Shown here in pieces: positions 10,570 to 18,670 of a DNA stretch of 64,000 nucleotides (position 1 is its first letter; the number at the start of each line of letters is the position of its first letter). Made by a program: the position numbers and the translations under genes. Below the pieces are notes generated by a model. It did no database searches. It saw only the letters and a program-made list of their open reading frames with translations, and had not been told where the DNA came from. The DNA lies in IMG/VR virus record IMGVR_UViG_3300033995_001164, positions 124,001 through 188,000 of that record; one strand, given 5' to 3'.

Positions 10570-11058
10570 TCAATAAACTAATACACATCTATCCATTCTT
10601 AACGATACACTAATATCTGCAAGAGCGTCAGTACTATACGCCAATGAACCAAAGTCAACACTAGTTAAGAATGTACCATACAAAATCCATTTCTCAACAA
10701 CAACTCCTGTTGGGTCTAACATCTCAAGGTCAATATCTTTCTTATAACCCGCAGCATATCCCATACGACCTGTAACAGATTCAGCATGTAAACGAACCCA
10801 CTCCATAAGAGCTTGTGATGCAGATGGACCAATTGGGTCTCTAAATTTAACAGGTATCTCATCCCAATTAAATCTACCCGCAACATACGTTGAGGTATTT
10901 AGAAATTGAATTTCTGTAGGTTGAATTTTAATTTTAGGTCTTGCAGCACTTTCTACAAACCATTCGTTAATCCCTAAGCTTGATGGAAACCTTAGTATGA
11001 ATCGATTCTGTCTTTTCGGTTCGTAAGGAATCGGCATTTTCATCAATAAATCAGCCAT
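10570..11058 (-). CDS. Tail tube protein (T4 gp19-like)
   Basis: 162 aa; EPKRQNRF, GRFNWDEIPVKFRDPI, YKKDIDLEMLDPTGVVVEKWILYGTF; near the sheath gene. Confidence 0.9.
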   Translation of the reverse strand: MADLLMKMPIPYEPKRQNRFILRFPSSLGINEWFVESAARPKIKIQPTEIQFLNTSTYVAGRFNWDEIPVKFRDPIGPSASQALMEWVRLHAESVTGRMGYAAGYKKDIDLEMLDPTGVVVEKWILYGTFLTSVDFGSLAYSTDALADISVSLRMDRCVLVY

Positions 11059-11162
11059 ATTATTTTAAATTAGTTTTTCTTTGTTTATTATCATAAATAT
11101 ATCCTTTTGGAAAATATTTTTATTGACTTTCTGAATTTAATTTATTATCATTATAATCCAGA

Positions 11163-11235
11163 CTAGTTTATTTAATTCTAGTTAATTTAACTAGTTTTTA
11201 ATTAATTATTTAATACTAGTTCTTTATAACTAGTT
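11163..11235. repeat. Five CTAGTT copies in an AT-rich intergenic region
   Basis: CTAGTT at 11163, 11178, 11191, 11216 and 11230. Confidence 0.75.
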
Positions 11236-12064
11236 AATATTCTTTTTTTATTCCTCCTGCTGTTGAATAAGTTTTAACAATATTGCCAGGCTTATCTTTG
11301 AAGTGTTTTTTCATAACTTCTACATTTCGTATATCGTCGTCAGAAAAACCAATTGTTGGTTTTGTTGGAACAAAATTATTACTCACATCTTTTTTTAGGA
11401 ACGCTTTTTTGTCTAAATTAGACGACATTTCTTTAATGTAATCCACAAATTTATCCATAGCACGAACTTTAGCTTCTTCAGGATTTGCCGCACCCTCCTC
11501 ATCATTGTAAGATACAGGATGGAATTTACACATATCCAAGTAAGCTTTGATTAATTCGTCATCACCCATTTCATCATCACCGGAAATACTTCTATATTTT
11601 TTAAGATTCTTAATCAACTCTTCTTTGTCTATCCCGTTGAATCCTTCTATGATATAATTGTATACGGCTTGTTTTAACGTATTAGGATTGTGTCCACGAG
11701 CGGTTATGATAGAAAAGATAGAACCTTCGTTAATAGCCTCTCTAAAGTCGTCAAATGCCGGTCCAATCTTGGCTCTCATTGCATCAATTAAAAAGTTTTT
11801 ATCTCCGGGTGTTTGAAAATTTTTAAAAGGTTCGTTTCCATATCCTACAACAGTCTCACCATTATATTCAAAAGGTTCTTTACCTAATTGATGTCTGTAT
11901 TCAGCAAAATCATCAGTACTCATCCCAATTTCGTCACCGTCCTCAGTTTTAACCATAATCTTGGTTGGCATATGAACAATATTATCGTCCCAATCGAATG
12001 CGTAATATTTCATATCAGGAGTACCCTGTTCACTAATTCCTTCTTTTAATGTATTTTTTTTCAT
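11234..12064 (-). CDS. HAD-superfamily phosphatase-like protein
   Basis: 276 aa; HAD motif I YAFDWDDN, motif II IITARG, motif IV GFSDDD. Confidence 0.65.
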   Translation of the reverse strand: MKKNTLKEGISEQGTPDMKYYAFDWDDNIVHMPTKIMVKTEDGDEIGMSTDDFAEYRHQLGKEPFEYNGETVVGYGNEPFKNFQTPGDKNFLIDAMRAKIGPAFDDFREAINEGSIFSIITARGHNPNTLKQAVYNYIIEGFNGIDKEELIKNLKKYRSISGDDEMGDDELIKAYLDMCKFHPVSYNDEEGAANPEEAKVRAMDKFVDYIKEMSSNLDKKAFLKKDVSNNFVPTKPTIGFSDDDIRNVEVMKKHFKDKPGNIVKTYSTAGGIKKEY

Positions 12065-12072
12065 AATTGGCT

Positions 12073-12097
12073 AAAAAGTGGGGACGAATCCCCACTT
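12073..12097 (-). terminator. Intrinsic terminator after tail sheath gene
   Basis: 9-bp stem AAGTGGGGA-TTCG-TCCCCACTT plus a T run on the minus strand. Confidence 0.8.
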
Positions 12098-12107
12098 ATG
12101 GTTTTTA

Positions 12108-15100
12108 TTAAATATTCTCGAACGAAGCTCCTGTTGGAGTAATGAAGAATTCAATATCGATGAACTCTAATGCTTTCGTCGGTTTTAAGTAAATTTTACC
12201 TGTTAAAGTATTTCTATCTAAATCCTCAGGTGAAGATGAAACAGTTACACGGAAATCGTATAAACCTCTATCTCTTCTAATTGAGTCTAAGATTGGGTTA
12301 ACACTATCTAAGAATTGTTGTCTAACAATTTGGTCGTTTTGTTCAAACAATAATCTTACAGCCACCGCTGAAATCAACTTACGAGCTTGAAGTAATAATC
12401 TTCTTACATTCAATCTATTAAGTGCCGTATCGGCAATTTGTAATGTTTTATTACCCCAAATTACTGTACCAACATCAGAGAAAGTTGCGATAGGGTTAAT
12501 TCTACCTTGGTACAATGTATCTCTATCTTCTTGAGTTAATTTAACTCTCGCCTTAACTGAGTTTACAAGACCTCTAGTATAACCCGCAGATGCGAACCAT
12601 GGGAAAGCGATGTTATCAGTTAACGCTAAGTTTCTACAAACCTCACCTGTTGCCGGTAAATAAATTTGTGTATTATTTACAGTATCTCTTGTTAAAACCC
12701 AAGGATAATAAGTTGCGGTATAGTTAGAGTCAATTCCGGTATTATCTAAATTATCTACTGATTCTTGAGGATAAATAATATCCTGTGGATTAGTTGAGTC
12801 CGGAGTATACATATTGTAATCCGGAGTTGTTGCAATATAAACTGAATCCGCTCTTTGGTATTGAATCATGTCAATAGTTTCTTCAACTAAGTTAGAGTTA
12901 TTGATGTAGTCAATACTTGATGTTGCAAATACATTAATGTTTGTAGCTTCAGGGTTTCTAAATGTTAGAATACCCAGTAAGTAAGCATAATAGTCGGTAT
13001 TAGCAAAATCTTGAGTGTTATCAGCAACAGTAATTCTTTTAAATAAACCACTTCCGGTTGCGTTAGGGTATCGAGTTGAAGATGATGCTCCCGCTAAAAA
13101 TCCTGATTGACCTAATTGGAATCTATCTTGATTTGTTCTAAATTCTCTATAGATGTCCCAACCGTCGAATCCACCAGCAAAACATACAGTATATTTTCTT
13201 GAGTAGATGAAATAGTATGGATTTTCTTGAGTTTCAGGGTCTGTTCTAAATTCTGCAGTACCACATTCAAATGCAGTTTGACCACTAGTTAATGAACTAT
13301 TTGAAATTGTGACTACGGTTGCACCGGAATCCATGTGGAAACCTTTACTTACATAATTCCAAGACGCCCCTTCAATTGGTTGTGGGGCAATAACCCAAGA
13401 TTCTGGGGTTTGTTTACCTTTGTAAGATAAAAATGATTCGTCAATACCATATTGAGTTGAGAAACCTAAATAAGTTCTTCTAACAATATCACCCGGAGAT
13501 TCTACTGTGTTTGGACCACCGGTTGGTGTACCGAATGGTGGATTAGCAATGGTTTCACCAGGGAAAAAATATTTTGTTTTAAATTTAGGGGTCGGTGATG
13601 GATTTAAAACTGAATCGTATTCTCTTTGAGTATATCCTTCAAACCCACAAGGAATTGCATCAATTGGGGCCTCATCCGCCATTTCAATCATTACGTATTT
13701 TGAAAGTAACGCGTATTCTCCGTTAGTGGAACCAAGTTTCTTAGCAACAAAGTTGTTAGAATTAGGGTCCATATTACAGTTAGTAAATTTTTCAATAACA
13801 ACTGGGTTTGAATCAGTGTCAAAGAAATTTCTAACTAACACATCAAATGTCATATTATTAAATGATAGGTTAGCAATTGAAACTTTAACTTCAGTATTTG
13901 CAGCATCTCCATCTGAGATTGAAACAAATTTAAATAATTTGTAAACTTTATTACCTCTTAATTCTGACACCAAATAAGGTGTACTTGGTGATTGATATTG
14001 ACCTACATTATACGCTATTGATGACGGATTTTCACTTTTAGCATCCGGTAATGCAACTAATTCAGGATTAATACCTTTTATATATCCTTGATTATAAGCG
14101 TATGCCAATGAACCAGGGTAAATCTCTTCAACAAATAAAGGAACCTCATTTCTTGATTTTCCAAAATTATCAACACCTAATACTTTAGTAATAAATTTTG
14201 AAGAAGCAGCAGATAAGTTAGTTTCAAATGTAAAATTATCCCCATCTTTAGTGACACCTGATAAACCAAATGAGGCATAAGGGTTTTTATCAATATCTGC
14301 GTATTGGTCAGTAGATAATAATGTAACATTAGTTAAACCACTTACCTCATAAATTGGTCCATGATTATCACTAGTTGAACTATTAGTATATAATGAAATA
14401 CCTCTTGAACGAAGAGTTGCAACAACCATGTCATTGTATTCAGTATAAGCCGTTCCGGTAAAACTGTAATAATCTCCCGATATAGTTCCCGAAAAACTAT
14501 CGGTTAATCCGGTAGTGATGGAATCAAACGCATAGTTAAATGAATAACCTGAATAAGAGTTACCCGCATAATTATTAAAATTCGCATAGTACCATGAATC
14601 ATTTTGACCGGCAGATAAATCATTATTTGTTAAATTAAGAGAGTCAACACCATATGAATTCACAACAGTACCATATTGACCTATTAAAACATAATAATCA
14701 CTTTCAGGGATTGAACCGTAAGCGATTGCCGTTGTTGCAGACAATGTAGGATTACCAACTAATGTTATTATAGTATTTGTAATGTCGTTATTATATGTTG
14801 ATGTACTTCCATCTGAAAGTCTGTATTGTGTATTAAAGTTAGCCTGAACCACAGTTGGAAATGAACCACTAATAAAATTAACAGTTTCAGCACTGGTTGA
14901 ACCTGTAAAAGATACAGACCAAGATGTTGCACCTGTTGGACTTTGATTTATTGTAGTAGGGTCAACATTTGCAGTAACTCTAATACTCCAAGATGGTCCT
15001 GCATCATATCCTGATAAACCTAAGATTCTTGTAACAAACAATTGGTTTGATTGTTGCAAGTAAGATTTAGCAATATATGCCGCTTCATATTTAGGGATTT

Positions 15101-15320
15101 GTGTGTTAACAAATTTGGTTGGTTCTGTTCCTCCGAAAAAGGCTTGGAATTCGTCATAGTTTGTTATAAATACCGGTTCAAATGCGGGACCTTTTAAAGT
15201 CTCACCAACTAAACCTAAGGTAGTAACACCTACACTTTGTGCTACGAATGATAAGTCAGTTTCTGAAGTGTATACTCCCGGTGAAACGAAAACTTTTTGA
15301 TTTGCTTGTGCTGTTGCCAT
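12108..15320 (-). CDS. Tail sheath protein (T4 gp18-like)
   Basis: 1070 aa; N-terminal FVSPGVYTSETDLS and GLVGETLKGP; C-terminal PWFASAGYTRG, LYQGRINPI, WGNKTLQ, RLNVRRLL, GKIYLKP. Confidence 0.95.
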   Translation of the reverse strand: MATAQANQKVFVSPGVYTSETDLSFVAQSVGVTTLGLVGETLKGPAFEPVFITNYDEFQAFFGGTEPTKFVNTQIPKYEAAYIAKSYLQQSNQLFVTRILGLSGYDAGPSWSIRVTANVDPTTINQSPTGATSWSVSFTGSTSAETVNFISGSFPTVVQANFNTQYRLSDGSTSTYNNDITNTIITLVGNPTLSATTAIAYGSIPESDYYVLIGQYGTVVNSYGVDSLNLTNNDLSAGQNDSWYYANFNNYAGNSYSGYSFNYAFDSITTGLTDSFSGTISGDYYSFTGTAYTEYNDMVVATLRSRGISLYTNSSTSDNHGPIYEVSGLTNVTLLSTDQYADIDKNPYASFGLSGVTKDGDNFTFETNLSAASSKFITKVLGVDNFGKSRNEVPLFVEEIYPGSLAYAYNQGYIKGINPELVALPDAKSENPSSIAYNVGQYQSPSTPYLVSELRGNKVYKLFKFVSISDGDAANTEVKVSIANLSFNNMTFDVLVRNFFDTDSNPVVIEKFTNCNMDPNSNNFVAKKLGSTNGEYALLSKYVMIEMADEAPIDAIPCGFEGYTQREYDSVLNPSPTPKFKTKYFFPGETIANPPFGTPTGGPNTVESPGDIVRRTYLGFSTQYGIDESFLSYKGKQTPESWVIAPQPIEGASWNYVSKGFHMDSGATVVTISNSSLTSGQTAFECGTAEFRTDPETQENPYYFIYSRKYTVCFAGGFDGWDIYREFRTNQDRFQLGQSGFLAGASSSTRYPNATGSGLFKRITVADNTQDFANTDYYAYLLGILTFRNPEATNINVFATSSIDYINNSNLVEETIDMIQYQRADSVYIATTPDYNMYTPDSTNPQDIIYPQESVDNLDNTGIDSNYTATYYPWVLTRDTVNNTQIYLPATGEVCRNLALTDNIAFPWFASAGYTRGLVNSVKARVKLTQEDRDTLYQGRINPIATFSDVGTVIWGNKTLQIADTALNRLNVRRLLLQARKLISAVAVRLLFEQNDQIVRQQFLDSVNPILDSIRRDRGLYDFRVTVSSSPEDLDRNTLTGKIYLKPTKALEFIDIEFFITPTGASFENI

Positions 15321-15440
15321 TATTTAATTATTCTATTGTAGATTTATTTTATAGATAAATATTCAATAGAATATCAAAAAACTTTACTTTTAAATATCTA
15401 TTAGTAAAGAGTATGAATAAATTCTACCTTTTTTCTACCT

Positions 15441-15602
15441 ATGAAACAGACAAAAGAAATCAAGAACATTAAAATAGACCCCGCCGTCCACGAGATACTC
15501 AAAAAGTACTGTGAAAAACGAGGATTAAAAATTTATAAGTTTTTAGAAAAATTAATTACAGAAACCTGTAAAGAGAAAAAAGATATATATGGTGAGGATT
15601 AA
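15441..15602 (+). CDS. Small ribbon-helix-helix-like DNA-binding protein
   Basis: Below the ORF-track cutoff: MKQTKEIKNIKIDPAVHEILKKYCEKRGLKIYKFLEKLITETCKEKKDIYGED* (53 aa); alternating beta strand followed by two helices. Confidence 0.65.
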   Translation: MKQTKEIKNIKIDPAVHEILKKYCEKRGLKIYKFLEKLITETCKEKKDIYGED

Positions 15603-16639
15603 ACCAATAAGTTTTCAAACTGAATTGTGGATTCCAAATTGTCATCAGTTTTAACAACATCTATTCGTAAAATATCGTTAGTTGTTATTTGAATATTTTG
15701 GACATCTGTACCAAAATAATCTCCATTAATATAGACATCGTATGTCTCAACATTAGACCAAGTACCGAAAGAAAGATTTGCGGTGTAAGATACCATATCA
15801 CTTAGGGTATCATTCCCAACAACAAACAAATAATTCTCTAAAAATTCGTTAGGGTTCTTAGGGTATTTATCTCTTTTTTTGTTATTTTCGGTTCCACTTA
15901 ATTCCATAAGTTGGGTTACTCTTGCAATTGCCGGTTTAACCTCAAACTCTTCTTCGTCAATCAAATAACCTAACATTGTGAAGTCATAAGATTGAACATA
16001 ATACTTTCTAGAATCTAAACTCATTTGTGATTCGTCTGAAACATTATTCATAACAATTGGAACATATTGACCTTTGATAAATGTATAGGCTTGTCTTGAT
16101 GAGAATTTCTGCATAATCACTTTATTCAATTGATTAAGTTCTCTCATTCTATTACAAATAATTTTTACACTGTAATTAATATCTACAGGAACCGGTTGAG
16201 GTATTGTGTAAATGTCCATACCTTGAACATTTCCATTCCAAGTCGGAACGGATGCGTAATAAAATTGTTTTCTATCCGGAATCGTATATTTCAAAGCAGG
16301 GTTGGTTCCAAATTTAACTTCGGGACTTCTAACCACTGTGATGAAGGGCGGGGATGGATTATAATCTAAATCCACAAATAAAGCAGTTTCAACATATTGA
16401 GACCAATTTTGTGATGTGATTATAATATCAACCATTGGAACTGTTTTTCCTGCGGTAATGACCTCTAAATCAGTTTTAACAAAATCTAACATTCCTCTAT
16501 CCAAATCTGCATGCAACACTGATTTAGGAAGATATGTTCCATCCTCATTAATATATTCCAATAGTTGTTCCCTACGAGCTGACAAGGTCTTCTGTGGAAC
16601 TAAAGGTAATGTTGGTATAACTTTTTTTGGTAATGGCAT
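15599..16639 (-). CDS. Tail completion / sheath terminator protein (T4 gp15-like)
   Basis: 346 aa; PQPVPVDINYSVKIICNRMRELNQL...YDFTMLGYL; upstream of the sheath gene. Confidence 0.65.
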   Translation of the reverse strand: MPLPKKVIPTLPLVPQKTLSARREQLLEYINEDGTYLPKSVLHADLDRGMLDFVKTDLEVITAGKTVPMVDIIITSQNWSQYVETALFVDLDYNPSPPFITVVRSPEVKFGTNPALKYTIPDRKQFYYASVPTWNGNVQGMDIYTIPQPVPVDINYSVKIICNRMRELNQLNKVIMQKFSSRQAYTFIKGQYVPIVMNNVSDESQMSLDSRKYYVQSYDFTMLGYLIDEEEFEVKPAIARVTQLMELSGTENNKKRDKYPKNPNEFLENYLFVVGNDTLSDMVSYTANLSFGTWSNVETYDVYINGDYFGTDVQNIQITTNDILRIDVVKTDDNLESTIQFENLLV

Positions 16640-16640
16640 A

Positions 16641-17084
16641 TTATTTAGTTATATATATTTTGTCTTTTAAATTTATCATTTCTACTTCACCCGCACTATA
16701 AACTGGTTCATCAGTTCCTTTATAAACAAACGAATCATATTTATATGGATTATAAGTCGCCACCACATCAGATGGTGGAATTGGCATATCCTCACACGGG
16801 TATTCACAAAAATCAATTAAATCTCCAATAACAAACGCATGGACATTTTTTTGTTTTTCAGAACGAACTCTTTCTTTTCCTCCCGGTCTAACTCTAAATT
16901 CAACATTCTCTAACTTGACGTAATCGGCATGTAAAATTATTTTATTATTATATCTAACTGAAAATGTATGTTTGTGTAAATTATAGTACGCCATAACTCG
17001 TTTACCAATAAAGTCATCTTCTTCTTTATTGATAACAATTTCATATATCCTTCTTAACTGTGATTCTTTTACTAATACTTTCAT
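16641..17084 (-). CDS. Conserved phage hypothetical protein (YNLH...KNVHAFV type)
   Basis: 147 aa; N-terminus MKVLVKESQL; abuts its neighbours. Confidence 0.7.
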   Translation of the reverse strand: MKVLVKESQLRRIYEIVINKEEDDFIGKRVMAYYNLHKHTFSVRYNNKIILHADYVKLENVEFRVRPGGKERVRSEKQKNVHAFVIGDLIDFCEYPCEDMPIPPSDVVATYNPYKYDSFVYKGTDEPVYSAGEVEMINLKDKIYITK

Positions 17085-17479
17085 TATTCGTAATATGTTG
17101 ACACCGTATTAACCGGTAAATTAAAATTATCTTCAAACCATTTTTTCATAGGTTCTTCCCAATGTTTATTAAACATACTGTCTAAATGTTCTCCATATTC
17201 ACCCATAACTTCTAAAATTGGAGCTTCGTCTTTGTAGCTTCCGGGGGTATCTTCATAATAATCTACCATAAAGTAATTAAAAACTATATCACTATAATCT
17301 TCTCCCGTCCAAGTACCTCCTTTATAAAAGACTAAAGAGTCTTCATTATCAGGATACTCGTCATTATCTTCATCCCCATCTCTACCATAAACCCAATTAA
17401 TTTCGTTTGAGTTTAAATAACTATCAATATACTGATAGATGGCGTTAAATAATTTACTTTCTGTTATTAATACTTTCAT
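17084..17479 (-). CDS. Hypothetical acidic protein
   Basis: 131 aa; N-terminus MKVLITESKL; overlaps both neighbours. Confidence 0.75.
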   Translation of the reverse strand: MKVLITESKLFNAIYQYIDSYLNSNEINWVYGRDGDEDNDEYPDNEDSLVFYKGGTWTGEDYSDIVFNYFMVDYYEDTPGSYKDEAPILEVMGEYGEHLDSMFNKHWEEPMKKWFEDNFNLPVNTVSTYYE

Positions 17480-17781
17480 ATTTCATCTACCTTAGCAAGG
17501 TTTTTTATCCTAAACCCAAATTTATTACTACACCAATTTAATAGAATTTTTTCCGTCTCATCATAATCTAATCCAAACATATCTGTAATAAAATTCCATA
17601 CCTCACTAAGAATATATAATCGTTTTGCCTTTATATTATACATAAATTTAAACCTCCCATTTTTGGATAAATAAATTTCTCTAAATTCAGTACGATTAAA
17701 TTTTTCTAAGTCACCATAGTTTTCATTTAACCAATTTTCAATAATTGAATTTAACCTACTTTCTGTTATTATGTATTTCAT
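17476..17781 (-). CDS. Hypothetical protein
   Basis: 101 aa; N-terminus MKYIITESRL; C-terminal WCSNKF echoes WFEDNF of the neighbour, so a probable paralogue. Confidence 0.75.
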   Translation of the reverse strand: MKYIITESRLNSIIENWLNENYGDLEKFNRTEFREIYLSKNGRFKFMYNIKAKRLYILSEVWNFITDMFGLDYDETEKILLNWCSNKFGFRIKNLAKVDEI

Positions 17782-18293
17782 TATATCCCTCTAAATTCGT
17801 TTTCACTAACATATGTCGCTATGATAGTCCTGTAAAAAGGTTTGTAACCCGCGTACGAATGGCGGTTATCTGACCTAACATATCCATCATCACTCACAAC
17901 ATAATATCTAACTCGGTCTTCAGTTTCATAATACCCAAGATAATCTCCCAAAAATACCTCAACACCTAATTCATCAAGTGTTTTTTGATACACCGAAAAT
18001 TTCATATTACCAGGTTCCTGACTCTCAAGTTTAGAACTGGCAATTAGTTTAGAGGTTGGAGCCATTACTTGAACCAAACCTTGTAATTCAACCGGTGCCA
18101 TGAATTGGATTCCATCTTCGGTCACCTCACCATAAACATCATCAGTTTTAGTTTTATATCTATCAACTCTATAAAGAATAACGGTAAAGTTCATATCTCC
18201 CAATAACCATTCCTCACCCATACCTATGTCGAGAGAATAATCTTCGGCTCCGAAGAACTTACCTAATCTTGTTATTGGAACTAATTTTTGCAT
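17781..18293 (-). CDS. Neck / head-closure protein (T4 gp14-like)
   Basis: 170 aa; TKTDDVYGE...PVELQGLV...GNMKFSVYQKTL...GDYLGY. Confidence 0.6.
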   Translation of the reverse strand: MQKLVPITRLGKFFGAEDYSLDIGMGEEWLLGDMNFTVILYRVDRYKTKTDDVYGEVTEDGIQFMAPVELQGLVQVMAPTSKLIASSKLESQEPGNMKFSVYQKTLDELGVEVFLGDYLGYYETEDRVRYYVVSDDGYVRSDNRHSYAGYKPFYRTIIATYVSENEFRGI

Positions 18294-18297
18294 ATTA

Positions 18298-18615
18298 TCA
18301 CTGTTTTAATCTATTATGATATGACTCAGATTCAATAGACGATGAACTAATAACAACATTAACATTAAAATAATTTTTAATTGTATTTTTAATCTCACGA
18401 TTCCATTGGTCTCTATAAACATCAGTTTTTTTCATGTTGTCTCTTTTTAAAAATTCACTTCCATCAGGGACAACATATGTAACCATCATATAGTATTCAT
18501 CCTTATAAGTTTCCATTGGTTTTAAATTAAAACCCATATCGGATACACCATTAGGTTTAATGACATTCATCATTTTACCTATCATTTTTTCTAATTGTGT
18601 TTGATTCATACTCAT
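18298..18615 (-). CDS. Hypothetical protein
   Basis: 105 aa ORF with a TATTTAT motif 7 nt upstream. Confidence 0.7.
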   Translation of the reverse strand: MSMNQTQLEKMIGKMMNVIKPNGVSDMGFNLKPMETYKDEYYMMVTYVVPDGSEFLKRDNMKKTDVYRDQWNREIKNTIKNYFNVNVVISSSSIESESYHNRLKQ

Positions 18616-18670
18616 ATCTTGATAAATACTTCAATATCAACTATATTTAATTAAAATATTTTTTGTATAA

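Noticed and set aside
1-18615. Extracellular contractile injection system or T6SS in a bacterial chromosome
   Set aside because: Neck proteins, PolB, helicase, a sigma-like gene, homing endonucleases and the absence of housekeeping genes indicate a phage genome.
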